DNA from: Candidatus Saccharimonadales bacterium
GTDB lineage: Bacteria > Patescibacteriota > UBA1384 > 2-12-FULL-50-11
NCBI GenBank assembly: GCA_035480235.1
Contig: DATIHX010000008.1
Span: 26,845 to 90,844, forward strand
DNA: 64,000 nt
Direction: 5' to 3'
The first letter of the stretch is position 1; each line of letters opens with the position of its first letter. The notes below the pieces were generated by a model that worked only from the letters and a program-made list of their open reading frames with translations, made no database searches and was not told where the DNA came from. A program made the translations under genes and the position numbers. This document shows, piece by piece, positions 8,789 to 18,485 of this stretch.

Positions 8789-9796
8789 ATGTTACGTCGA
8801 GTGGGAGTGGATTTAGGCACTAATAATATCCTTATTTACGTACCCGGGCAGGGGATTGTGATCGACGAACCGGCCGTGGCGGCACTTGATGCCTACGACA
8901 ATAAAGTGGTGGCTTTCGGCGAAGAAGCCCGCAAAATGCTCGGTAAAACGCCGGACAGTATTATTGCAGCCCGACCTTTGCGCGACGGTGTGATCGCCAG
9001 CTTCAAAATTACCGAAGCGATGCTGCGCTATTTTATTAATAAACTCTCCGGCCGGGTTCGGTTGTTTCGGCCGGATATTATGGTAGCCGTGCCGGTCGGG
9101 GCCACTTCTACCGAGCGCCGGGCCGTCATTGACGCCTGCGTCGCGGCTGGCGCCAAAAACGCCTACATCATTAAAGAACCGGTCGCGGCGGCGCTTGGCG
9201 CGGCTGTCCCGATTACTACCGCCGAAGGCCACTTAATTATTGATATCGGCGCCGGCACCACCGAAGTCGCCGTGATTTCTTTGGGCGATGTAGTGGCCGC
9301 TACCTCAGTCCGGGTCGGCGGCAACAAAATGGATGTAGCGATCGCCAACTTCATCCGCAAAAAATATTCGCTGATTATCGGCGAGCCGACGGCCGAAAAC
9401 CTCAAAATCAAAATCGGGACGGCGATGCCGCTGAAAAAAGAACTGACGATGGAACTCTCCGGCGCCAACTCGGTGACCGGATTGCCGGAATCGGTCTTGG
9501 TTAACTCAACTGATGTAATGACCGCCGTTCAGGAAGAACTGAAAGAAATTATCGGCGCCGTCAAATCGGTCTTGCAAAAAACGCCGCCGGAATTGGCCGC
9601 CGACATTATGGACAAAGGTATGATTATGACCGGTGGGGGATCGATGCTGAAAAACCTCGACGCCTTATTTACGAAAGTTACCGGCGTGCCCTGCCAGCTG
9701 GCCGAAGAACCGCGGCTCTGTGTGGTTAAAGGTACTGGTATCGCCGTGGAACACCTGGACGAATACGTGAGGTCGGTCTTTTGGACGAAGCGTTAA
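8789..9796 (+). CDS. mreB: Rod shape-determining protein MreB
   Basis: DLGT, RPLRDGVIA, EPVAAA, DIGAGTT, TGGG motifs. Confidence 0.96.
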   Translation: MLRRVGVDLGTNNILIYVPGQGIVIDEPAVAALDAYDNKVVAFGEEARKMLGKTPDSIIAARPLRDGVIASFKITEAMLRYFINKLSGRVRLFRPDIMVAVPVGATSTERRAVIDACVAAGAKNAYIIKEPVAAALGAAVPITTAEGHLIIDIGAGTTEVAVISLGDVVAATSVRVGGNKMDVAIANFIRKKYSLIIGEPTAENLKIKIGTAMPLKKELTMELSGANSVTGLPESVLVNSTDVMTAVQEELKEIIGAVKSVLQKTPPELAADIMDKGMIMTGGGSMLKNLDALFTKVTGVPCQLAEEPRLCVVKGTGIAVEHLDEYVRSVFWTKR

Positions 9797-10308
9797 CTTA
9801 CAGTCTTTAGAACTTTTTCAGCTACTTGTTTTGGGCTTAATCCGTCAGTTTCAATAACTATCTCCCCCCTGTAGTTTACCGAGGGTTTATCTTTAAGGTA
9901 CTTATCGAGATCGGTACGATTACTAATCCTATAGTTTTCGTTTCTTCTGGAGACGCGCTTTGCAAGCGTCTCGTATGGCGCAGCGAGCGTAACAACTAAA
10001 AACCTATAGTTAGGGAACTTCTCAACCGCACGACGGGCAATATTAATAGTTTTTGGATCTGGCGATGGACGAACATAGATTATGTTCTGGTTTTGAGCGA
10101 GTAGAAATTTTATTACAGGTAGAGTAACTTGATCCATCAACTTTGGGATTCGATGTTCTTCAACAATGTCAAAAATAATATTTTTAAGCTCATGAAACCA
10201 GAATAGTTTCCAACTTAGCGTCTTTTGAATAATTCTGGCGACTGTGATTTTTCCCACGCCAGGTTCACCACGTAAATAAAGAAAGGTTCTTCTTTTATCA
10301 ATCTTCAT
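9793..10308 (-). CDS. P-loop nucleotide kinase-like protein (AT-rich)
   Basis: LRGEPGVGK Walker A-like motif, kinase-type R..R lid, IETDGLSP C-terminus. Confidence 0.7.
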   Translation of the reverse strand: MKIDKRRTFLYLRGEPGVGKITVARIIQKTLSWKLFWFHELKNIIFDIVEEHRIPKLMDQVTLPVIKFLLAQNQNIIYVRPSPDPKTINIARRAVEKFPNYRFLVVTLAAPYETLAKRVSRRNENYRISNRTDLDKYLKDKPSVNYRGEIVIETDGLSPKQVAEKVLKTVS

Positions 10309-10349
10309 CTGACCAAACGTAACAAAACTCCCCAAAAAAAGAAATTTTA

Positions 10350-10424
10350 GGTATCAACTTCCGGGCTGACGCTCGGCTAAGTTGGATGCTTCAATTCAGC
10401 TCGCTAACACTCGCTAATTGAAGC
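10350..10424. repeat. Twin-hairpin palindromic element with CTCGC/GCTCG-type loops
   Basis: caactt..aagttg and gcttcaatt..aattgaagc stems. Confidence 0.6.
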
Positions 10425-10467
10425 TATACTACGTATATGTTAGTCTCTCTTCTAGAAAGATGACTTT

Positions 10468-11574
10468 ATGATAAACAGTGGCCTCCTTATTGGCATTGAC
10501 GCTTCACGGGCGGTAAAAGCAAACCCCACTGGCACGGAGTATTATTCGCGCGAAATTATTCGGGCCATTCTGGAGCTGGACCGTCGGAACCAATACCGGC
10601 TTTATGCTCACAAAATGCCAGACAGCAGTTTTGGAGAATATTCTAACGTCGAGTGGAAGATTATCCCGCCTGGCCGGCTTTGGTCGCAATTGAAACTAGC
10701 GGCTGAACTGAAAAAAAGTTCGCCAGACGTTCTATTCGTGCCGGCGCACGTTGTGCCGCTGCTCTCCAACGTCCCAACCGTCGTCACCATTCACGGCTTA
10801 GAATTCTTGTACGCTCCCCAAAATTACGGCCACCGCGAGCGAGCTTATTTAAAATTTTCTACGGCTAGCTCAATCAGTAAAGCGCGCCAAGTGATCGCCC
10901 CTAGCCATTGGACCAAACAAGACATCTTGAAGCATTATCATTGCCCGGCTGGGAAAATTACCGTTATCGCCGAGGCCTACAACAAAGAGCTCTACAACAC
11001 GAACGGCGAAGCGGGGGAGCGGCCGATCAAAGAACCGTACATATTCTCGCTCTCCCGGCTCGAAGAACGGAAAAACCAAGCTTTGCTGGTGGAGGCTTTT
11101 GCGCTGCTGCGTAAAGAAAAAGGCGACGTCAAGCTGGTTCTGGGCGGCAAGCCGGGTTACGGTTTTGAGAAAATCCGCGCCAAGATTGATGCGCTGCCGG
11201 CTACTATTCGTGATTCGGTGTTATTACCGGGCTATTTGAGCGAAACCGACGCCGCTAATTACCTCCGCCACGCCGCCGTTTTTGCCTACCCGTCCAAATA
11301 CGAAGGTTTCGGCATCCCGATGCTTGAAGCCTTTGGCTCGGGTACGCCGGTCGTGGCCAGTAACGCCTCGTGCTTACCGGAAGTGGCCGGTGAGGCAGCG
11401 GTCTTGCTGCCGCCAGATAACGCCCTCAGTTGGGCCGCCGCCTTTAGCCGAATCTTGCACCAGCCCAAATACGCCGAGGAGCTAAAAGCTAAAGGCCTGA
11501 AACGAGCCAGCGAGTTTTCTTGGGCAAGCGCAGCCGAAGCAACACTAATAGTCATCGAAAATGCTGCAGCGTGA
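10468..11574 (+). CDS. Glycosyltransferase family 4
   Basis: TGTEYY, RLEERKN, YEGFGIPMLEAF motifs. Confidence 0.93.
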   Translation: MINSGLLIGIDASRAVKANPTGTEYYSREIIRAILELDRRNQYRLYAHKMPDSSFGEYSNVEWKIIPPGRLWSQLKLAAELKKSSPDVLFVPAHVVPLLSNVPTVVTIHGLEFLYAPQNYGHRERAYLKFSTASSISKARQVIAPSHWTKQDILKHYHCPAGKITVIAEAYNKELYNTNGEAGERPIKEPYIFSLSRLEERKNQALLVEAFALLRKEKGDVKLVLGGKPGYGFEKIRAKIDALPATIRDSVLLPGYLSETDAANYLRHAAVFAYPSKYEGFGIPMLEAFGSGTPVVASNASCLPEVAGEAAVLLPPDNALSWAAAFSRILHQPKYAEELKAKGLKRASEFSWASAAEATLIVIENAAA

Positions 11575-12283
11575 CCGCGTCCGGCTGCTGGGTGTTCGAG
11601 TCGATAGCCTCACTTGGGCCGATTTCGACCGTTGGGCAGAGCAAGCCTTGAGCGGTAACGAAGCTAATCAAGTAGTAACCGTCAACGGCGAACACATTTT
11701 GGCGGCTAATCGCGACCCAAAACACCAAGCGGCGATAAACCAAGCTGATTTGGTCGTGCCAGACTCAACAAATGTTTTGTGGGTTAGTCGTGTCAAAGGC
11801 AGGGGACTGGCCCAGAAAACTGCGGGGGTGGATTTGGTTTTACGGCTTTGCGACATCGCTGCCAAAAACGGCAATTCGATTTTTTTACTCGGCAGCCAGC
11901 CTGGCGTTGCCGACCACGCCGCTAAAAAATTAAAAAGTTGGTTCCCGACGTTAACGATTGCCGGCACTAGCGCCGCGGACCCAAACGACGATTATGCTTT
12001 AAAAAGCATAAAGCAGAGTGGCGCCGATATTGTTTTAGTGGCGTATGGGGCGCCGGCGCAGGAGTATTGGATCGCCGAACACAAAAACGAAACTGGAGCG
12101 AAAATCTTGGTGGGCGTCGGCGGGACCTTCGACATTTTGTCTGGTACTTTACCGCGGGCACCGAAGTTTTTCCGAGCCCTGCAGCTAGAATGGCTCTGGC
12201 GATTAATTTTGCAGCCATCCCGGATTAAACGTATCTGGAACGCCGTCGTCGTTTTCCCCACTAAAGCGTTGTTTAGTAAATAA
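11561..12283 (+). CDS. WecB/TagA/CpsF family glycosyltransferase
   Basis: VTVNGE, AYGAPAQE, GVGGTFD, RAP, LEWLWRL motifs. Confidence 0.93.
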   Translation: MLQRDRVRLLGVRVDSLTWADFDRWAEQALSGNEANQVVTVNGEHILAANRDPKHQAAINQADLVVPDSTNVLWVSRVKGRGLAQKTAGVDLVLRLCDIAAKNGNSIFLLGSQPGVADHAAKKLKSWFPTLTIAGTSAADPNDDYALKSIKQSGADIVLVAYGAPAQEYWIAEHKNETGAKILVGVGGTFDILSGTLPRAPKFFRALQLEWLWRLILQPSRIKRIWNAVVVFPTKALFSK

Positions 12284-12304
12284 AAAGGTCGTCTTTCGAC
12301 GACC
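12282..12304 (-). terminator. Intrinsic terminator of the 12313-12639 orphan
   Basis: GGTCGTC-GAAA-GACGACC-TTTTT on the minus strand. Confidence 0.7.
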
Positions 12305-12312
12305 AAGTGGCC

Positions 12313-12639
12313 TTACAGACCTAGCAAACTGCCAGCGAATAACGGTACTAGCGTCCCATTCCAACCGTTAAACGAATCTTCGGCTACCCTTCTTAGCTGT
12401 TCAAGAGAGGGGATCTCGCCAGCGCCAGATAAACCCTCCAGCCAAGTTTTAGCGACTTGATCACAGTGGATAGAGATAGCCTCTGGAGACCAGTGACCAG
12501 GAAGCGTTTGTATCTCAACGCGACCGGAAGGAGTTACAAGGCCGCGGACAAACCAATAAGGATCACGATTGTCGTACATTGTATTCCCGCTAGCTTTTGA
12601 GTAGCTGATTTCGAATGATAATGTTAGGTTAGTTGCCAA
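12313..12639 (-). CDS. Hypothetical protein (orphan cassette)
   Basis: AGGAGG SD before TTG, TAGAAT -10, own terminator. Confidence 0.65.
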   Translation of the reverse strand: MATNLTLSFEISYSKASGNTMYDNRDPYWFVRGLVTPSGRVEIQTLPGHWSPEAISIHCDQVAKTWLEGLSGAGEIPSLEQLRRVAEDSFNGWNGTLVPLFAGSLLGL

Positions 12640-12786
12640 AGTACGCCTCCTACGCTTTCGCGTTTGATAGAGCTATTCTACTTGCAAAACAACAAAAATT
12701 CCAGTAGTATGGCTATATCGTCCAGGATTTGATCCTGGCTTTTTTCAAAGAAATACCCTTAAATTAACTAAAGGAGACCTACATAC

Positions 12787-14193
12787 ATGGCAATTTCTAC
12801 ATTTGCAGCTGCAATCAACCAACTAGCCGACGAACGGGGGCTTCCCCGCGATATTATTATTGACGCCATCGAGACGGCCGTGGCCGCCGCTTACCGCAAA
12901 GACTACGCCGACCCGGAAGAAACCATCAAAGCCGTTTTGGACGAAGAAACCGGCGAATTTAACGTCACCAAAGTCTTCACCATTATCGACCCAGCCCAGG
13001 AGCTAGCTTTAATGAACGAGAACGCCGAAGCCGTTGAAGGCGACGAACCCAAAGAATTCGTCCAAAACATTCACTCACAGCTAACCTTAGACGAAGCTAA
13101 AGAACTGCTGAAAAACGAAACCAAAGCCATGCACGTCAGCGAATCGGGCAAAAAGACCGCCGCCGTTGGTGATACCGTCCAAATCCCGCTGGAACCGCAC
13201 TCCGACTTTGGAAGAATCGCTGCCATGACCGCCAAACAGGTCATCTCACAAAAACTCCGCGAAGCCGAGAAGGAAATTCTCTACGCCGAGTACAAAGAGA
13301 AACAAGGCCAACTAATTAACGGCTACGTCCAGCAGGTGGAAGGCTACAACGTCATCATGAACATCGGCAAACTAAACGGCCTGATGATCGCCTCCGACCA
13401 AATCCCAAACCAACACTACTACCCCGGCCAACGGCTGAAAATCCTCGTTTACAACGTCGAAGAAACGCCGCGCGGCCCCCGGGTGTTAGTTACCCGCTCG
13501 AGCGCGGATTTCATCACCAAATTGTTTGAACTGGAAGTGCCCGAAATCGCTTCTGGCGCCGTTGCCGTGAAAGTCATCGCCCGCGAAGCTGGTGTCCGCA
13601 CCAAAATGGCCGTGACCGCTACCCAGCCCGGCCTCGACCCAGTTGGTTCGTGCGTCGGCCAGCGCGGCACCCGCGTTCAAGCCGTTCTCTCCGAAATCGG
13701 CGACGAAAAAATCGACATCATCTTGTATAGCGAAGATACCGAAGCCTTGATTCGCGAATCGCTGAAACCCGCCAAAATTGAAAAAATCGTCCTGAAGAAA
13801 AAAGCCAACCGCGCCGAAGTGGTAGTGCCAGAAGACCAATTGAGCCTCGCCATCGGTAAAAACGGCCAGAACGTCCGGTTAGCTTCCAAGCTTTCTGGCT
13901 GGGAGATCGATATTCTGAAAACCGGCGAAGCCAGCCTGCGCCAAAAAGAAGACAAGGTTGAAGAAATGTTGGCCGAAGAAAAACCGGCCGCTGACGTTGC
14001 TGAGCCGAAAATAGTTAAAAAAACCACCAAGAAAACCGAAGGCGACGGCATGGACGACACTGGTAGTGAAAACGAAGTGACGCCTGGCGACCAACTGACT
14101 GACGCGGCACAAACAGACAAAGAAATCCTGGCAGAAACGCCAGCTGAGGCTGCCACCGAGCAAGAGCAGGTCGCCGACGAAGCCGCTAATTAA
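12787..14193 (+). CDS. nusA: Transcription termination/antitermination factor NusA
   Basis: FGRIAA, S1 and KH domains, [26 protein letters not shown]. Confidence 0.97.
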   Translation: MAISTFAAAINQLADERGLPRDIIIDAIETAVAAAYRKDYADPEETIKAVLDEETGEFNVTKVFTIIDPAQELALMNENAEAVEGDEPKEFVQNIHSQLTLDEAKELLKNETKAMHVSESGKKTAAVGDTVQIPLEPHSDFGRIAAMTAKQVISQKLREAEKEILYAEYKEKQGQLINGYVQQVEGYNVIMNIGKLNGLMIASDQIPNQHYYPGQRLKILVYNVEETPRGPRVLVTRSSADFITKLFELEVPEIASGAVAVKVIAREAGVRTKMAVTATQPGLDPVGSCVGQRGTRVQAVLSEIGDEKIDIILYSEDTEALIRESLKPAKIEKIVLKKKANRAEVVVPEDQLSLAIGKNGQNVRLASKLSGWEIDILKTGEASLRQKEDKVEEMLAEEKPAADVAEPKIVKKTTKKTEGDGMDDTGSENEVTPGDQLTDAAQTDKEILAETPAEAATEQEQVADEAAN

Positions 14194-14236
14194 CATCGCC
14201 AAACCTTATAGCACCTCCGAGGTGTAACTGGGGGTT

Positions 14237-14264
14237 AAAAAAGCGGGCCGTAAAGGCCCGTTTT
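14237..14264. terminator. Bidirectional terminator
   Basis: aaaaaagcgggcc-gtaaa-ggcccgtttt between convergent genes. Confidence 0.75.
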
Positions 14265-14266
14265 GG

Positions 14267-14890
14267 CTAACTAATTGCTAGGACCGGCTGAGGGAATTCT
14301 GTTAAGAATCCCAATAACCGGGCCTGATCTTCAAATCGCGCTAACATCGCCAGTTCTTCGACTGTCCAATCTGCAATATCCGCCTCAGCTGTCAAGTAGA
14401 CTCCCTGTTTCTGGAACTCTTTGTTCAAGTATCTACTACCGTAATAGACTGAAATCCGAAGACATGTTGTGTTTACGAAACCAGGAAGTATCGTATTGCT
14501 GATTAAAAAGTCCAAATTGCCGCCGTAGCCAGCACTGAGCCAGTGAACAATGCAGCTCTTGAGGCCAGCAATAGTTACTGAATACTCCCTTAAGCGATTC
14601 AATCCTGCCTCGCGAAAGTGTATCCGGTCGTAGACTGAGCCAGTGGCAAATTTGAATGCTTGGACATTGGCATCGTACGGCTGATCTCGCCTTTCAGAGC
14701 TGAAGAACTCGACTTTTGGCGGCTCGTCTCGGACCAGCTCAAGAGTTATTCCGGTTTTTATATAACCGGGTGGGTACAAGGGCTCAAGATCGCCCCACAA
14801 CTGAATAGCGCTGTCCGGGATCAAATCAAGAAGCCGTTGAATGGCCTCGGGACTAAGTGGGCTTTGAAATTCAAATGCTGTAATGTGCAC
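14267..14890 (-). CDS. Hypothetical protein (orphan cassette)
   Basis: TTGATT-17-TACTAT promoter, AGGAGG SD, GTG start, 207 aa open frame. Confidence 0.7.
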   Translation of the reverse strand: MHITAFEFQSPLSPEAIQRLLDLIPDSAIQLWGDLEPLYPPGYIKTGITLELVRDEPPKVEFFSSERRDQPYDANVQAFKFATGSVYDRIHFREAGLNRLREYSVTIAGLKSCIVHWLSAGYGGNLDFLISNTILPGFVNTTCLRISVYYGSRYLNKEFQKQGVYLTAEADIADWTVEELAMLARFEDQARLLGFLTEFPQPVLAIS

Positions 14891-15005
14891 TGCTTTCCTC
14901 CTATCCGTTTAGCAGAACGATAATGGCATAGTACGCCAGAAGAAGAAGAAAATCAATTGTAACTTCCTGCCTAGACTACTGAAACGGCTCGAATATACTG
15001 GTTGT

Positions 15006-15165
15006 ATGCATCAATACTTGACCCCGCACTATGTCGGCCGAATCTTTGGCTCCCAATTTTCTAATACTCAGCTTACCTCATTGGAGTATTCTACAGAATG
15101 AGAATTAGTTATAAGCGACGCCAAAGATATAGGGAAAATTGTCGGCCGGAAAGTGCGGGGTTGAC
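15006..15165 (+). ncRNA. Putative structured RNA (long rod) upstream of clpC
   Basis: Nested stems accccgcact/agtgcggggt, tcggccga/tcggccgg, atctttggc/gccaaagat, aatactc/gagtatt; TATACT just upstream. Confidence 0.45.
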
Positions 15166-15190
15166 ACAATGTAAAGTTCGCTTTACATTG
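15161..15190 (+). promoter_or_regulatory. clpC promoter with overlapping perfect palindrome
   Basis: TTGACA-17-TACATT; CAATGTAAAG-TTCG-CTTTACATTG at 15167-15190. Confidence 0.65.
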
Positions 15191-15200
15191 GCTATAACAA

Positions 15201-17702
15201 ATGCCCAGTAATTACTTCCACAACAGGTTTAGCGAGACGGCCCAGAAGATTTTGCGTGATAGCGAAGTGATCGCCAGCGCCATGGCCGCCGGTATCGACA
15301 CCCAGCACTTGTTGGCATCATTAGCTAACACGCCCGGCACATACTCGTACGAAGCGCTGCGAGAGTTAACCGTCACCCCAGAAAAAATTGGCGCCACTAT
15401 CCACAACCATCAAGACATTATTAAAGCCGTCCAAGGCATCTCGCCCGATATGCGGCGAATTTTGAAAGCCGCTTACAGCCGAGCGGCCCACTACGACACG
15501 CCGACGGTTGATTCCGAGCACATTCTGCTGGCTCTGGTGAGCACCAAAGATTGCAACGCCTACCAAGTCCTAACCCAGATGGATGTGGACCCGAAACTCT
15601 TGCGCGATCAACTGGAGGATTATTTTGAACAAATTCACCAGGAGTTAGCTGAGCACCAAGATAGTGCCGGTAGCGAAGAAGAGCTGGAAGACGACGAGCA
15701 CGACCACTTCGCCCAACCGATGTTGCCGAATCACCAACAAGCGCCAAACCGGCCAAAAACGGCGATCGAGTATTTCACCACCGACCTGACTAAACTGGCG
15801 AAAACCGGCAAACTCGACCCTGTTATCGGCCGCGACAAAGAAACCCGCCGGGTCGTTCAAATTCTCAGCCGCCGGACCAAAAATAACCCGGTCTTAACGG
15901 GTGAGCCGGGCGTGGGGAAAACGGCGATTGCTGAAGGCTTGGCTCAAAAAATCGCCGGTGGTGAGGTACCGAGCCAATTGGCCGACAAACGGGTTCTATC
16001 GCTGGACTTAGCCCTGCTGATCTCTGGCACAACCTATCGCGGCCAGTTTGAAGAACGAGCCAAAAAACTGCTCGACGAAATTATTAAAGCTGGCAACGTC
16101 GTGCTCTTTTTAGACGAAATTCACAGCATTATCGGCGCCGGCGCCGCCGAAGGCTCGATCGATATGAGCACTATTTTAAAACCGGCCTTGGCTAAAGGCC
16201 AGCTCCGCCTGGTTGGCGCCACCACTAACGACGAATACCGCAAATACATCGAGAAAGACCCGGCCTTAGAACGCCGCGTCCAACGCGTTCAAGTGGAAGA
16301 ACCGAGCGTCGAGGAAACCATTGCCATTTTGCACGGTCTGAAAGGGCATTACGAAAAATTCCACAACGTGACGATTAACGACGAAGCGATCACTGCGGCG
16401 GCCGACTTGAGCAAACGCTACGTTAGTGACCGGTTTTTGCCCGACAAAGCCATCGACTTAATCGACGAAGCGGCGGCGGCCACCCAGCTCGAAACCGGTC
16501 AGCTGAAACTTTCCAACCAGCTACTGGAATTAGAAAAACGCCGCGCCCAAGCTAACAGCGAGCACCAGAAAGCCGCTGAGAACATGGAATACGAGAAAGC
16601 CGCCGAGTATCGGGTCCTAGAATTGCGATTAGTCAGCGAGATCGACCGTCTCAAAACTAAATTACCGAAGCGCACCGCCCCACGAGTAATTAACCGCGAA
16701 GACATCGCCAAGATTGTCTCGATGACCACCGGCGTGCCGGTGACGGCACTGGAGAAAACCGACCGAATCCGCTTGACCAATTTGGAGAAAGTCCTCAAAG
16801 AACACATCGTCGGCCAAGACGAAGCGATTCAAAACATCGCCGCCGCCATTAAACGCTCGTCAGCAGGTGTTTCCGACCCCAATCGGCCGCTCGGCTCGTT
16901 CATTTTCCTCGGCCCCACCGGCGTCGGTAAAACCGAGCTCGCCAAAGTCTTAGCTCGGGAAGTCTACGGCCGCCCAGAAGCCCTGGTGAAAATTGATATG
17001 AGCGAGTTTATGGAAAAACATAACGCCTCCCGCCTGGTTGGCGCGCCGCCCGGCTACGTCGGTTACGAAGACGCCGGCAAACTAACCGAAACCATCCGCC
17101 GGCAACCGTACAGCGTCGTCTTGCTCGACGAAATCGAAAAAGCTCACCCCGACGTCTTTAATATGCTCTTACAAATTATGGAAGACGGCTACCTGACCGA
17201 CGCCAAGGGCCGCCGCGTCAATTTCCGCAACACCATTATTATTATGACTTCCAACATCGGCATGGCGGAATTAAACCGGGCTTCGGCGATCGGTTTCAAA
17301 ACGGCTGGCGATAAGCAAGAAAGCCGGTACGAAGAGATTAAAAACCAGGTCATCGAAAAAATTAAAGACCATTTCCGGCCAGAATTCATTAACCGGCTCG
17401 ACAAAATTATCGTCTTTAAACCGCTCGGTCAAGAAGAGATTAAAGAAATTATTAACCGCCAACTGGCTCAACTCAACCGCCGCCTGGGCTTAGACGGCAT
17501 TAGTTTGGATGTTGCTGATAGCGCTAAAGACCTATTGAGCGAAAAAGGCTTCGATCCGGAATTTGGGGCCCGGCCGATCCGTCGGGTGATTACCGAGCTA
17601 ATCGAAGATCCGCTGTCCGACCTGATCTTGGGCGGCAAAGTGGCTGTCCGCCGGGCGCTGCGGGTGCTACGCAAAGGCAGCAAGCTGACGATCGTCAAGT
17701 AA
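15201..17702 (+). CDS. clpC: ATP-dependent Clp protease ATP-binding subunit ClpC
   Basis: Clp-N repeats, GEPGVGKT and GPTGVGKT Walker A motifs, GYVGY pore loop, short middle domain. Confidence 0.93.
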   Translation: MPSNYFHNRFSETAQKILRDSEVIASAMAAGIDTQHLLASLANTPGTYSYEALRELTVTPEKIGATIHNHQDIIKAVQGISPDMRRILKAAYSRAAHYDTPTVDSEHILLALVSTKDCNAYQVLTQMDVDPKLLRDQLEDYFEQIHQELAEHQDSAGSEEELEDDEHDHFAQPMLPNHQQAPNRPKTAIEYFTTDLTKLAKTGKLDPVIGRDKETRRVVQILSRRTKNNPVLTGEPGVGKTAIAEGLAQKIAGGEVPSQLADKRVLSLDLALLISGTTYRGQFEERAKKLLDEIIKAGNVVLFLDEIHSIIGAGAAEGSIDMSTILKPALAKGQLRLVGATTNDEYRKYIEKDPALERRVQRVQVEEPSVEETIAILHGLKGHYEKFHNVTINDEAITAAADLSKRYVSDRFLPDKAIDLIDEAAAATQLETGQLKLSNQLLELEKRRAQANSEHQKAAENMEYEKAAEYRVLELRLVSEIDRLKTKLPKRTAPRVINREDIAKIVSMTTGVPVTALEKTDRIRLTNLEKVLKEHIVGQDEAIQNIAAAIKRSSAGVSDPNRPLGSFIFLGPTGVGKTELAKVLAREVYGRPEALVKIDMSEFMEKHNASRLVGAPPGYVGYEDAGKLTETIRRQPYSVVLLDEIEKAHPDVFNMLLQIMEDGYLTDAKGRRVNFRNTIIIMTSNIGMAELNRASAIGFKTAGDKQESRYEEIKNQVIEKIKDHFRPEFINRLDKIIVFKPLGQEEIKEIINRQLAQLNRRLGLDGISLDVADSAKDLLSEKGFDPEFGARPIRRVITELIEDPLSDLILGGKVAVRRALRVLRKGSKLTIVK

Positions 17703-17791
17703 CCAAAAACCGGGCCGGAAACCCTTGACTTCTGAGCGGTTATAAGGTATAGTTTGGGCGTCCCACAAGAGGGGATGAACATCACAGGAGA

Positions 17792-18100
17792 ATGAATATG
17801 AAACGGATTTCTACAAAGTTTTTCCTCGCCGCGATCGGCGTCTTTGTCCTTTGGTCGCTACTCGGTCCGATCGCCACGAATAACGACCCCTACGTCGTCT
17901 TGGCCTGGCCGAATCCGCTTTTCGTCGGTTCGCTCGTTCTCGGGCTTTTAGGTTTTATTGCCCTTCAGAATGAAACCCAGCAACAGCTCAACGTTGAGCG
18001 TTGCCGTCAAAATAAGCTCGAAGAAAAGCTTCAGCCGCTTGATGACGAAGTAGCAGAGTCGGTCCTTTGGGCCCGAACTCGTCAAGCTTTGGGGATCTAA
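17792..18100 (+). CDS. Hypothetical membrane protein (orphan cassette)
   Basis: Two hydrophobic segments; TTGACT-17-TATAGT promoter, AGGAG SD, terminator at 18112-18141. Confidence 0.65.
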   Translation: MNMKRISTKFFLAAIGVFVLWSLLGPIATNNDPYVVLAWPNPLFVGSLVLGLLGFIALQNETQQQLNVERCRQNKLEEKLQPLDDEVAESVLWARTRQALGI

Positions 18101-18159
18101 AACCCAAGCTCAGCCCCGCGCCAATTTGGCCGGGGCTTTTTCTCTACACAAAAATGGCC

Positions 18160-18189
18160 TTGACTTGTTCGGTTTTTGTTCGCTATGGT
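18160..18189 (+). promoter_or_regulatory. Promoter with putative LexA box GTTCGGTTTTTGTTCG (18167-18182)
   Basis: Identical 16-mer in the same position in the lexA promoter. Confidence 0.85.
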
Positions 18190-18197
18190 AAGTATAC

Positions 18198-18485
18198 ATG
18201 GCGGGGGAGGCGAAAGAAAAAATTGGCGAAACAATTCGGGTACTGGCCAGTTTTTCAGAGGCCAAAATCCGGATTCATTTTTTTCACTGGCGCGACCAAA
18301 TATTCAAAGTGGACTCGGTGAATTTGTTTCATATCGAAAAAGACGGCAATAAAAAACGCTACCACTTCGCGGTGTCGGCCAAGGGCAGCGATTACCAGAT
18401 TGCCTTCGACCCGGTAAGCTTAGAGTGGCAGTTGGTGGATAGCGTAATCACCCCCTTCCGTGGCTGGAATCTAAACGTAAGATGA
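18198..18485 (+). CDS. Small protein of SOS mutagenesis cassette (DUF6504-like)
   Basis: F.WR...V, FAV, FD....W.L pattern; ATGA overlap with dinB. Confidence 0.7.
   Translation: MAGEAKEKIGETIRVLASFSEAKIRIHFFHWRDQIFKVDSVNLFHIEKDGNKKRYHFAVSAKGSDYQIAFDPVSLEWQLVDSVITPFRGWNLNVR

Noticed and set aside
14212-14224. cacctccgaggtg palindrome after nusA as a REP element
   Set aside because: Only one short copy in the window, so it cannot be separated from chance
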